In this document: one piece after another, positions 1 to 9,249 of the stretch | How the letters are laid out: every line of letters starts with the position of its first letter | Position numbering within the stretch: the stretch's first letter is position 1 | Assembly (NCBI GenBank): GCA_035374585.1 | Contig: DAOSPF010000011.1 | Coordinates: 28 to 64,027, forward strand | Reading direction: 5' to 3' | DNA length: 64,000 nucleotides | Source of the DNA: Bacteroidales bacterium | GTDB lineage: Bacteria; Bacteroidota; Bacteroidia; Bacteroidales; DTGW01 | Made by a program: the position numbers and the translations under genes | Notes under the pieces: model-generated | The model's database searches: none | What the model was told of the DNA's origin: nothing | Seen by the model: only the letters and a program-made list of their open reading frames with translations

Positions 1-1651
1 TTGTGCCACCCTGAACAACTATATTATCGCCAAGTTCAGAAACGTCTTTAATTTTGAGTACTTTGTATAAGCAGTTTTTAACTACAGAATAAGCCAAACC
101 TGCAGAAATATCGGCAACAGAAGCTCCTTCACGAAGAAATTGCTTTACTTTTGAATTCATGAACACGGTACAACGTGTACCAAGGTCACAGGGAGCATTT
201 GCATTGCATGCCAACGTTGCAAAGTTAGCTGCAGTATAGTTAAGCGATTTGGCAAAACCTTCAATGAAAGAACCACAGCCTGATGAGCAAGCTTCATTAA
301 TTTCAAGCCTGTTAATAGCGCCATTTTCAACAAAGATAGCTTTCATATCCTGGCCACCAATATCGAGGATGAAGGATACTTTAGGATTAAACTTTTGAGC
401 TGCGGAATAATGGGCAATGGTTTCAACTATTCCATGATCTATGTTATATGCAGCTTTAACAAGGTCTTCACCATATCCGGTTACGCTGGATGCAACAATG
501 TGAATATCTTTCTTGGCACTATTTGCTAAGACAAGAAATTCACTAAGCCCTTCAGATATTGTTTTTAAAGGATTTCCTTTGTTTCGTGAGTAAAATTGAA
601 AAACGATACGTTCTTTATCGTCAATAGCTACAATCTTAGTAGTAGTAGAACCAGAGTCTATACCAATAAAACATTCGTTGCCCTCAAGTTTTTCAAGTGT
701 TATACTTTCCAAACGATGGTTTTGCTTTAGGGCAATCCATTGTTCAAGTTCAGCCTGATTGTCAAAAAGCTTATTTAACCTGCCTTTAGAAATACTATGA
801 GGCTGTTTGTTAATGCTTTCAATTTTTTCAATTAAGCTATTCAATAAAACAGCTTTTTCATCTTGTTTTTCGGTTAAAGCACATCCAAAAGCCGGTATTA
901 ATGCAGCATTTTCAGAAATAATATAATCTTCGTCTTTTAGTTTAAGATAATTTACAAAAGCCTGACGAAGTGCAGGGATAAACGCTAAAGGCCCACCACA
1001 GAAAAATATTTTTGGAAGAGGCTCTGTACCCCGTGAAAGAGAAGTTATTGTTTGTAAAGCTACAGCATGAAATACAGATGCTGAAATATCGGCTATGCTA
1101 ACATTACGTGCAATAAGGTTTTGGACATCAGTTTTTGAAAAAACACCACAACGAGAAGCTATCGGGTAAATTTTCCCTGCAGACAAAGCCTGGCGGCTCA
1201 TTTCTGCAATATCCACAGCTAAAATGGTTGCCATTTGGTCGATGAATGCCCCGGTACCTCCTGCACAGCTTCCATTCATACGGATATCAGGGATACTGCC
1301 AGCTTTAAGAAAAACCATTTTTGTGTCTTCTCCGCCAATATCAATGAGCGTTTGAATTTCACGGTGTTTGTGGGAGATATAATCTGTTGCTGCAATAACT
1401 TCCTGAGCAAATTGCAGGCCATAGCGTTCAGATACGCCCATGCCGGCCGAACCAGTTACACAAACAGCAATAGCTTGGTTGCCAACTACACAGAAGGCTT
1501 TTTTAAGTATGTCGGTCAAAGCACTGCTGATATTGGCGTGATGCCTCTGATAATCTGAAAACAGGACTTTGTCTTTTTTCTCATCCAGAACTACCATTTT
1601 AATGGTAGTTGAGCCTATGTCGATACCGCAATGAAGTGGCTGGTTGGTCAT
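1..1651 (-). CDS. BadF/BadG/BcrA/BcrD-type ATPase, tandem-domain acyl-CoA dehydratase/reductase activase-like protein (first 550 codons; the gene runs off the left edge)
   Basis: Not in the ORF track because there is no stop in the window. Hand translation of the minus strand from the ATG at 1651 gives [43 protein letters not shown]... A second actin-fold ATPase module follows (...[29 protein letters not shown]..., [11 protein letters not shown]). The frame stays open to position 2. Confidence 0.85.
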   Translation of the reverse strand, partial: MTNQPLHCGIDIGSTTIKMVVLDEKKDKVLFSDYQRHHANISSALTDILKKAFCVVGNQAIAVCVTGSAGMGVSERYGLQFAQEVIAATDYISHKHREIQTLIDIGGEDTKMVFLKAGSIPDIRMNGSCAGGTGAFIDQMATILAVDIAEMSRQALSAGKIYPIASRCGVFSKTDVQNLIARNVSIADISASVFHAVALQTITSLSRGTEPLPKIFFCGGPLAFIPALRQAFVNYLKLKDEDYIISENAALIPAFGCALTEKQDEKAVLLNSLIEKIESINKQPHSISKGRLNKLFDNQAELEQWIALKQNHRLESITLEKLEGNECFIGIDSGSTTTKIVAIDDKERIVFQFYSRNKGNPLKTISEGLSEFLVLANSAKKDIHIVASSVTGYGEDLVKAAYNIDHGIVETIAHYSAAQKFNPKVSFILDIGGQDMKAIFVENGAINRLEINEACSSGCGSFIEGFAKSLNYTAANFATLACNANAPCDLGTRCTVFMNSKVKQFLREGASVADISAGLAYSVVKNCLYKVLKIKDVSELGDNIVVQGGT

Positions 1652-1861
1652 AATATAGGGTTCACTTAAAATAAAAACACAAATATAGGTATTTTATGTT
1701 TTTTAACAAAAAGCGAGTTGACTATGGATGAAAGGTTGAACTTAGTTGGAAGCGCAAAATCTTTTGCAACGGTTTTAAAAAAGCCAATAAAAGGATTATT
1801 TTTGTTTTGTAATGTTGCTAATTATTCTGTTAAGACTAATTGAGCAGGTATAAAAATAAGT

Positions 1862-2341
1862 ATGAGCCCTTATTCTGACCGTAAAGAAGATTTTATTATA
1901 AAACCCGATTATTTATCTCCAGTTAAAGTTTATAGTATCGTCAGGCCTGCTATCGAAACTGGCTATGTTTACAATTTTACCTCAGATAGCGGGTTATTTT
2001 ATGAAGTCCGGTTTGCGCCCAAAGTGGACAATATACTTGGTATGGTGGTCAATTTTACTGTGGATAGCGATGAGTTTGACAGCGACTATCCGGTAACCAA
2101 CAGAGGCGAGGTATATAATATCATTGCCACAGTTATAGAAATTATCAGGATATTTCATCATTTTCACAACTTTACTACATCGTACGAATTTTCTGGGGAA
2201 TTCAAAGAAAACGAATCAAAAACTGAGCATAATGCCAGTATCCGTTCCCGTCTTTATTTGCGTTATGCCCCAATAGTACTTAGTAGTAATTGGAAAGCCC
2301 AAATTACCGGGAATAAAGTATTACTTAAGAAGGTGAAGTAA
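1862..2341 (+). CDS. hypothetical protein (159 aa), no motif recognised
   Basis: ORF track. Its TAA stop overlaps the ATG of the next gene (TAATG at 2339-2343). Confidence 0.6.
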   Translation: MSPYSDRKEDFIIKPDYLSPVKVYSIVRPAIETGYVYNFTSDSGLFYEVRFAPKVDNILGMVVNFTVDSDEFDSDYPVTNRGEVYNIIATVIEIIRIFHHFHNFTTSYEFSGEFKENESKTEHNASIRSRLYLRYAPIVLSSNWKAQITGNKVLLKKVK

Positions 2342-4035
2342 TGAATCCCTTATTAGAAGTAAAAAACCTCTGTATTAGTTTTAACAATTCAGGCAAAGCT
2401 GTAGATAATCTTTCATTTTCATTGCCAGTAGGCCAAACATTAGGCATTGTAGGAGAGTCGGGCTCAGGAAAGTCTGTTACAGGATTGGCTATAACTCGTC
2501 TTTTGCCTAAAACCACAAATATTTCAGGACAAATTCTTGCACCTCACAATTGGCTTGATAATGCTGCTGATGATTATATTGATTTACTTCAGTTACCTGA
2601 AAAATCAATGATTAAGCTACGAGGTAAACGAATATCTTTTATTTTTCAAGAACCGATGACAGCATTGAACCCTTCAATGCATTGTGGTAAGCAGATAGAA
2701 GAAATATTAAAGTTGCACAAAATAGTAGAGAAAAGCAATTTGATTGAAAGACAATTGCAATTGCTCAAGGATGTTCAACTTCCAAACCCCGAAATTGTTT
2801 TAAAAAAATATCCCCATCAACTTTCAGGAGGGCAAAGGCAACGGTTGATGATAGCTATGGCAATGGCAGCAAATCCGGACATTATTATTGCAGACGAGCC
2901 TACAACAGCTTTGGATGTTACGGTTCAGTTTGAGATACTTGAATTGCTCAAGCAAATGAAGCAGGAGCGGAACCTCACCATGATATTTATCTCGCACGAC
3001 CTGAATGTCATCAGCCATATAGCCGATAATGTGCTGGTGATGCGACATGGCAACATGATGGAGCAAGGCACTGTCAGGCAAGTGATGAATAATCCGCAAC
3101 ATTTATACACCAAAGCATTGCTCGAAAGTAAACCTTCATTTCATTCAAGGCCTGTTAAATTGCCTACAGTAGATGATTTTATTGATGAAAAGCCTTTTTA
3201 TAAAGAAGAAGAAAGTATTGAGTTACGAAAAGAAAAGCAAAATAAAATATACAATGCCCGGCCGCTCATAGAAATAAGTAATTTGAATGTAGGCTTCTCG
3301 TTAAAATCCTTATTTAACAAACAACAAACTTTGATATTGAGAGGTATTGACCTGAAAATATGGAAAGGCGAAACGCTTGGCCTTGTAGGTGGCTCGGGAA
3401 GCGGAAAAACTACATTAGGAAGAACTTTAATGCAGTTAATAGAAGGATATCAGGGCAACATTAAGTATGAGGGAAAAAAAATAAAAGACTTTTCGAAGAA
3501 CGAAATGCTGAAGTTCAGGCAGAAAGTCCAATTGGTTTTTCAAGACCCTTATTCTTCATTAAATCCTTATCAGACCATTGGGCAATCTATAACTGAGCCA
3601 ATAATTGTGCATAATTTGTATAAAAATAATTCAGAAGTACGTAACAGAGCTATAGAACTGATGCAAATGACCCGCATACAGCCCGAATGGTATAGCCGGT
3701 ATCCACATCAACTTTCGGGAGGACAGCGTCAGCGGGTAGTTATTGCTCGGGCATTAGCATTAAACCCAGAAGTGCTAATCTGCGACGAATCGGTATCTGC
3801 GCTGGACGTTTCTGTACAAGCACAAGTGCTTAACCTGCTCAACGAACTAAAAGAAAAGATAGGGCTTACATATATTTTCATTTCGCATGACCTGGCAGTT
3901 GTTAAGTATATGTCTGATCGTATTGTTGTACTTGACAAAGGGCTTATTGTTGAAGATAACGAAGCTGACGAATTGTGCCAAAATCCTGCACATCCATATA
4001 CTCAAAGGCTGTTAAGTGCGGCAAAAATGGAATAA
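2341..4035 (+). CDS. ABC transporter ATP-binding protein with two fused ATPase cassettes (DppD/OppD-YejF type)
   Basis: Walker A motifs GESGSGKS and GGSGSGKT, LSGGQRQR signature present twice, and the oligopeptide-type C-terminal motifs QHLYTKALL and HPYTQRLL. Confidence 0.9.
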   Translation: MNPLLEVKNLCISFNNSGKAVDNLSFSLPVGQTLGIVGESGSGKSVTGLAITRLLPKTTNISGQILAPHNWLDNAADDYIDLLQLPEKSMIKLRGKRISFIFQEPMTALNPSMHCGKQIEEILKLHKIVEKSNLIERQLQLLKDVQLPNPEIVLKKYPHQLSGGQRQRLMIAMAMAANPDIIIADEPTTALDVTVQFEILELLKQMKQERNLTMIFISHDLNVISHIADNVLVMRHGNMMEQGTVRQVMNNPQHLYTKALLESKPSFHSRPVKLPTVDDFIDEKPFYKEEESIELRKEKQNKIYNARPLIEISNLNVGFSLKSLFNKQQTLILRGIDLKIWKGETLGLVGGSGSGKTTLGRTLMQLIEGYQGNIKYEGKKIKDFSKNEMLKFRQKVQLVFQDPYSSLNPYQTIGQSITEPIIVHNLYKNNSEVRNRAIELMQMTRIQPEWYSRYPHQLSGGQRQRVVIARALALNPEVLICDESVSALDVSVQAQVLNLLNELKEKIGLTYIFISHDLAVVKYMSDRIVVLDKGLIVEDNEADELCQNPAHPYTQRLLSAAKME

Positions 4036-4155
4036 ATATTTTCTAACAATAAAAGTTTATTTATTCATCAATAAATATATTTTTGTATTCTCAAGAGTAT
4101 CACATTATTGGATAGGATAATTTTTAAAAAGATAAGTAAAGACAGGGATTGAAAA

Positions 4156-5364
4156 ATGAAAACTAAACTTATAATTGTTTCAGTCATTTTTATTGGCCTT
4201 TTCAGTATTTTCATGCTGAAAGGGCTGAGTTCTTATCCCGAAAAACCAAAAATGGAGCTCAACCCAGCTCCTGTGAAATCTGAATTAGAGGCATTATATG
4301 CTTTATACGATAGTGTAATGCGTGCCGAAATGGATTCGACAGGTGTTGTTGGGGCCAGCGTGGCCATTGTTTACAACAATAAAATAGACTTCCTCAAATG
4401 TTACGGAGTTAAAAAAGTAGGAGAAACCGATTCGATAAACCCGCAAACAGTGTTCAGGCTTGCTTCGGTTTCAAAGGCTGTTACAGGCGTTTTGGCGGGA
4501 TTGTTGGATAACGAAGGTGTTATCAGCCTCAATGATAAAGTAATTGATTATATTCCTGATTTTAAATTAAAAAGCGCTGTCAATACAAATAACTTGCGTA
4601 TAAAAAATATCCTGAGCCACACTTCGGGGCTTACTCCTCATGCTTTTGACAACCTTGTAGAGCAAAAAATGCCTTTCAATAAGCTAATGTACAATTTGAG
4701 TAAAGCTGAAATATCTGGAAAACCTGGACAATTATATAGTTATCAGAATGTAATGTATAGTTTATTTGACACTATAGCTTCGGTTAAAACATCAAAGCCT
4801 TATGGAGAGCTTATGTCGGAAAAGATTTTCAAGCCTTTCAATATGTATAATGCATCAACCAGTTACGAGTCTTTTAAAAACAACGACAATATTGCCTATC
4901 CGCACAAATGGACCAAAAACGGGTATAAGCCAATTCCTCTTAATCAAGGCTATTATTCCACCATATCAGCAGCCGGGGTGAATGCCAGCATTTCGGACAT
5001 GGCCAGTTTTTTGTTAAAGCTTTTAAGAACAGACAGTTTGTCTTTAGACTCTGGTGTAATCCGCACTATATTTACACCACAAGTGGTTACTCCGCTAAAC
5101 AGGCATTATTTTAAGGAGTGGGGAAAAGTTGCTTCCAGGCAATATGGCATTGGCTGGAGGATTATCGAATATAAAGGCCATCAACTGGCCTATCATGGAG
5201 GCTTTATACAGGGTTACAGGGCAGAAATAGCATTGTGTCGGGAGATGAACGTTGGCATTGTGTTTTTGACCAATTCACCCAACAAAGCAGCTACCATAAG
5301 TATCCCTACTTTTTTGAATATGTTTTTCGACCTGAAAGAAAAAGGCGTATTAGCTGCCAAATAA
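4156..5364 (+). CDS. serine hydrolase, class C beta-lactamase/penicillin-binding family, N-terminally membrane-anchored
   Basis: S-x-x-K motif (ASVSKAV), YxN-like motif (SYQNV), hydrophobic N-terminus. Confidence 0.8.
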   Translation: MKTKLIIVSVIFIGLFSIFMLKGLSSYPEKPKMELNPAPVKSELEALYALYDSVMRAEMDSTGVVGASVAIVYNNKIDFLKCYGVKKVGETDSINPQTVFRLASVSKAVTGVLAGLLDNEGVISLNDKVIDYIPDFKLKSAVNTNNLRIKNILSHTSGLTPHAFDNLVEQKMPFNKLMYNLSKAEISGKPGQLYSYQNVMYSLFDTIASVKTSKPYGELMSEKIFKPFNMYNASTSYESFKNNDNIAYPHKWTKNGYKPIPLNQGYYSTISAAGVNASISDMASFLLKLLRTDSLSLDSGVIRTIFTPQVVTPLNRHYFKEWGKVASRQYGIGWRIIEYKGHQLAYHGGFIQGYRAEIALCREMNVGIVFLTNSPNKAATISIPTFLNMFFDLKEKGVLAAK

Positions 5365-5373
5365 AACAGGGCT

Positions 5374-5937
5374 CTAAAGCAGCTTATCTGCTGTTGTTAT
5401 AAAATTATTCGAACCCAAATGATGAATTGTCTTTGCGTTCAGATTCTCGGAAAGCAGACGGCCTTTATAGGCATCTTTTTGGCCGAAGGCATTGATTACA
5501 TCACCTAATACTATTCCTACTGTTTCTTGCATTACTACTGAATGCAGGTTGCATTCGAGATAAGCAATACAATCCAAAGGCAAAGCTATTTTCAGAACCG
5601 GGCTTTCAAAGGTTGATAAATGGAGATGCTCAATTTTATTGACCTTATGGCCAGAACAAGAGCCAAGTTCTTTTACCATTTCTACCTGATTAGCTGAAGG
5701 CAAAGCAATGACAAATTTTTTTGTATCAATAATATTGGCATAAGTTTTATGTTGCAAGTCACTAACAAAAAGCAGACGTGTGGTTTTGTCATAGTCCACC
5801 GGGCAATGCCATGCAATAGGAGCCATATTGTAAATACCTTCAGAAGACACAGTGCATACTATAATCAGTCCTCCCGAATTGAGGAGTTGATAAGCTTTTT
5901 CATTTTTGACAGCTTGAAAATTTTCCATTATTAGCAT
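5374..5937 (-). CDS. flavin reductase-like (FMN-binding split-barrel) protein
   Basis: NMAPIAWHCPVDYD-type region and overall length are typical of the flavin reductase-like domain. Confidence 0.65.
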   Translation of the reverse strand: MLIMENFQAVKNEKAYQLLNSGGLIIVCTVSSEGIYNMAPIAWHCPVDYDKTTRLLFVSDLQHKTYANIIDTKKFVIALPSANQVEMVKELGSCSGHKVNKIEHLHLSTFESPVLKIALPLDCIAYLECNLHSVVMQETVGIVLGDVINAFGQKDAYKGRLLSENLNAKTIHHLGSNNFITTADKLL

Positions 5938-5960
5938 GAGTTCAGATTAAACATTTCTAT

Positions 5961-5980
5961 CTTTTGCTTAAAAGCAAAAG
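5961..5980. promoter_or_regulatory. 8-bp inverted repeat CTTTTGCT-TAAA-AGCAAAAG, 24 nt upstream of the flavin reductase-like gene start
   Basis: Read directly from the sequence. Function unknown (operator or 5' UTR hairpin). Confidence 0.3.
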
Positions 5981-6325
5981 TACTACAAATAAAATGCTAA
6001 AGGTCAAAGATTTATCGTAAATGGGCTAAAAAAGATTTTTATTCTCATCAGGACATTGCTTGCGGAACCTTTAAATCATTTATTTCTTCCCAAAGCTTTT
6101 GAAATAGTTACCGGGAATTTCTTACATTGTCACCCAAACCGCCCCATTAATAAAGAGTTTGCGTGTTTAGGCGTTTTATAATTTTTTTCAAGGCCATTAC
6201 CGGAAACTATTTTTGAAAAAAACTCCAATATTGACATTTTGGCAAAAAGAATTGTTTTTATAATTTTAAAATATCATCTTTGATTAAATTTACATTTACT
6301 ACAAGTAACTGAAAATATACTATTC

Positions 6326-7216
6326 ATGGCACACTGCATAATAAAAAACATTTTGTTCATTACTGTTCTTTTTTTAACGTTCGCATGCCGAAACGAAAGC
6401 AACTCTAATGTTACCTTAACAGAAGAAGACACACTTGTCAATACTGAAGAAGTAGTGGCTAAAGCCCGAAGTGTTTTTTACCGGATGTATTTACCTAATG
6501 AGATGTATAAGGTTTTTGAAAAAGCCGGGGCTATTTATTCGCCCGAAATTCTGAACCCCGTAGAAAACGTCAATTTATACGAGTCGAGTACCAAAGCCGC
6601 CCTTAATTTGGGTGTTTATGGCGTTGACCTTAGCTACAATAAGATTTTTGGGCAAAACCAAAAAACATTGCTCTATTTTACAGTAATACACAAACTTTCA
6701 CAACAGCTTGGCATCCCGGACAATATTTTTTCGCAAGCATTGAAAAAAATGGAGCAAAACTTGTCAAATCGTGACTCATTAACAGAGTATGCCACAGATG
6801 TTTTTTCTTCTACACATAAGTTTCTTAACGAAAACGACAGGAAATCAACAGCAGCACTGATTATAGCTGGTGGCTGGATTGAAGCGCTATACATTGCCTC
6901 ACAAATATCTGATGACGATGTAGAAAACAAAGAAATCATAGAGCGTATAGCATTCCAAAAATATTCTTTACGTTCGCTCATGTCTATGCTTGCCAACTAT
7001 CAGGCCGAACCTTCGGTAAACAGGTATTATCTTATGTTCAAAGCATTGAATAATGCATACAACGAATTTGAAATATACTATTTCCCGGATGATGTTTCAA
7101 TTGATACTATTAACAAGCTTATCAATGCTAAAAAAGTAAACATTGATTTGCCGGCCGGGAAAATTGAAAAAATCAAAAAGATTATTGCCCAAATCCGTCA
7201 GGAGATTACCATGTAG
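6326..7216 (+). CDS. hypothetical lipoprotein (296 aa)
   Basis: Signal peptide with lipobox (VLFLTFAC). No catalytic motif recognised. Confidence 0.65.
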   Translation: MAHCIIKNILFITVLFLTFACRNESNSNVTLTEEDTLVNTEEVVAKARSVFYRMYLPNEMYKVFEKAGAIYSPEILNPVENVNLYESSTKAALNLGVYGVDLSYNKIFGQNQKTLLYFTVIHKLSQQLGIPDNIFSQALKKMEQNLSNRDSLTEYATDVFSSTHKFLNENDRKSTAALIIAGGWIEALYIASQISDDDVENKEIIERIAFQKYSLRSLMSMLANYQAEPSVNRYYLMFKALNNAYNEFEIYYFPDDVSIDTINKLINAKKVNIDLPAGKIEKIKKIIAQIRQEITM

Positions 7217-7218
7217 CC

Positions 7219-7458
7219 TCAACGTATTGACATAATTTTTGAAGCCACTGCTTTTGCAGCATCAGAGCCCAAAAAAGCTACAAGCCCTCTGCGCAGCTCT
7301 TCTGCAAGGGCAGGCAAATGAACCGGTGCAATAGATTCTTCATTTATTCCAAGCTTAGCGGCCTGACTCTTGAGGGTACCTTTTGTCATCATATCTCCAA
7401 TCAAAGGGACTAGAATTTCATATATTTTTTGCGCGTATATATTAGTATATGAGCTCAT
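7219..7458 (-). CDS. hypothetical small soluble protein (79 aa)
   Basis: ORF starts 2 nt after the stop of the upstream membrane-protein gene on the same strand. Predicted helical and Ala/Leu-rich. Confidence 0.55.
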   Translation of the reverse strand: MSSYTNIYAQKIYEILVPLIGDMMTKGTLKSQAAKLGINEESIAPVHLPALAEELRRGLVAFLGSDAAKAVASKIMSIR

Positions 7459-7460
7459 AA

Positions 7461-8267
7461 TTATTGTGCATTAACAGATTCAACTAATTCTTTTTGATAC
7501 AAACCGGCAAGACCAATGACCAGGTAACCTACATGCCATAAAACATCAATAAGGTTGCCATTTCCATAAATATCCAGCCAACCTAAATAAGCATATAACA
7601 TATCGGCCATTGTAAAGCAAACAAACCCGATGGACAACATGCGCATTGGCAAGGAAATAGCAGCCCGTCCAAAAAGCGTAGTTATGTAAAACAGTATAAT
7701 TGCAGGAATAACTGTTAACAAATCTGCTATTGGATAATACATATAAAAAAGTTTTGTAATATCATCTGATTCATTATCAGACAAAATGGGAATAAGCAGA
7801 AAATAGGCCATTGCCACAAAAACGACGAAAGAACTGGCAGCAATAATGGCATAAACTTTCATTTTTCCCAGTGGAAAGCCACTCCTTTTATAACCAAAAA
7901 ACATCATAAACAAACCTGCAAATAAAGGAATATAAGCTGTACACCAGAAAATATCAGCTAAAGAAGGGAAATACTCATTCATATCAATTTTAAATCCAAT
8001 TTCGAGAATGGCATAAGTGGTTTCTGCCAAAAAATCAAAAAAGATACCAATAAAAATAAGCACCCAGCTTACCCGGGCAAAATCTATTTCTTTAAAAGCT
8101 TTGAAGGTATGATACAAACATACAACGGCAATAAATGATGTCAATACGGGCAATGTATCACTTACATACTGCAATACAGAAGGCCCGCCCCACTGTCCCA
8201 GATAATATACCACATTTAAAACTGTTAATACAGCAATAAAAATCAAAAGCAATTTAGACTTTTTCAT
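7461..8267 (-). CDS. hypothetical integral membrane protein, about 8 hydrophobic segments
   Basis: Eight hydrophobic stretches counted by eye. A-D/E-hydrophobic motif recurs at helix starts (LADIFW, IADLLT, MADMLY, LAETTY). Confidence 0.7.
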   Translation of the reverse strand: MKKSKLLLIFIAVLTVLNVVYYLGQWGGPSVLQYVSDTLPVLTSFIAVVCLYHTFKAFKEIDFARVSWVLIFIGIFFDFLAETTYAILEIGFKIDMNEYFPSLADIFWCTAYIPLFAGLFMMFFGYKRSGFPLGKMKVYAIIAASSFVVFVAMAYFLLIPILSDNESDDITKLFYMYYPIADLLTVIPAIILFYITTLFGRAAISLPMRMLSIGFVCFTMADMLYAYLGWLDIYGNGNLIDVLWHVGYLVIGLAGLYQKELVESVNAQ

Positions 8268-8455
8268 ACATTGTAATTGTGTTGGTTTTATATTTAAATG
8301 TAAGCCTTTTTTTTCAAATATTCAAGCTCAAGATAAGATTAGCCCTTTAGATAATAAAACTTAAGCATTAGCCTATCAGTTTTTTTCGTATATTTAACTA
8401 AATGTAAGATAATTGCATGTTTGTTTTACTTAATACAAACTCAAAATCGAAAACT

Positions 8456-9163
8456 ATGAAAGCTATATTTTTCGCCTCTTTCTTAGCCATTGTCTTGGTT
8501 AATACCTGGGCGCAGGAAAAAGATTCGTCAGGCCTGAGTTTGAATCTTGGAGCTGATGTTGTAAGCCGCTATATCTGGCGTGGCCAGGCCAATAGCTCCT
8601 CACCGGCCATCCAGCCAACTTTAAGCCTTAATTATAAAAACATAAGCTTTGGCAGTTGGGCTTCCTATACCACTTCCAATAACGACTTACAGGAGGTTGA
8701 TCTTTTCCTGACCTATAAAATTGGAGGATTTACAGTAGGGTTGAACGATTACTTCATGTCATCAGATAGTTTGGACGACCTATATTTTAATTGGAAAAAC
8801 AAAGAAACAGGCCATACGTTGGAGCCTTTCATTACTTATTCAGAAATTGCTGGTACGCCATTAAGCCTCACTGCTGCGGTATTTGCGTATGGCGATGATT
8901 TAGATGAAAATGAAGACAACTATTATTCAAGCTATTTGGAACTTAGCTTTGCCAAAACCTTAGGAAACATTGACTACAACATTTTTTGTGGCGGGACTTT
9001 CGGGAAAGGTTATTATGCCGATGATATGAACATTGTAAATGTCGGCATCACTCTGACCAAGACAATAGAAATAACGCCAAGCTTTTCACTGCCTTGTAAT
9101 GGTTCATTTGTGATAAACCCAAGTACCGAAAATGTTTTTGTTGTTTTTGGAATAACTTTTTAG
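8456..9163 (+). CDS. outer-membrane beta-barrel protein, TorF/Gcw_chp-like putative porin
   Basis: Signal peptide MKAIFFASFLAIVLVNTWAQ, alternating beta-strand pattern, SRYIWRGQ motif, C-terminal aromatic residue. The start was moved from 8417 to the ATG that begins the signal peptide. Confidence 0.6.
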   Translation: MKAIFFASFLAIVLVNTWAQEKDSSGLSLNLGADVVSRYIWRGQANSSSPAIQPTLSLNYKNISFGSWASYTTSNNDLQEVDLFLTYKIGGFTVGLNDYFMSSDSLDDLYFNWKNKETGHTLEPFITYSEIAGTPLSLTAAVFAYGDDLDENEDNYYSSYLELSFAKTLGNIDYNIFCGGTFGKGYYADDMNIVNVGITLTKTIEITPSFSLPCNGSFVINPSTENVFVVFGITF

Positions 9164-9195
9164 CCTGAAACTTAAATACTATAATTACATTTAAA

Positions 9196-9225
9196 CCACC
9201 CCTACCCTTCCTTATACAGGAGGGG
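9196..9225. repeat. G/C-tract palindromic intergenic element (CCACCCCTACCCTTCCTTATACAGGAGGGG)
   Basis: 27 of 30 positions match the reverse complement of 49568-49597. Lies between convergent genes. Confidence 0.7.
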
Positions 9226-9249
9226 AAATATTCCATATTACTAAAAAAA

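Noticed and set aside
1235-1558. 107-aa plus-strand ORF
   Set aside because: Antisense shadow of the activase gene, which reads open on the minus strand across the whole region.
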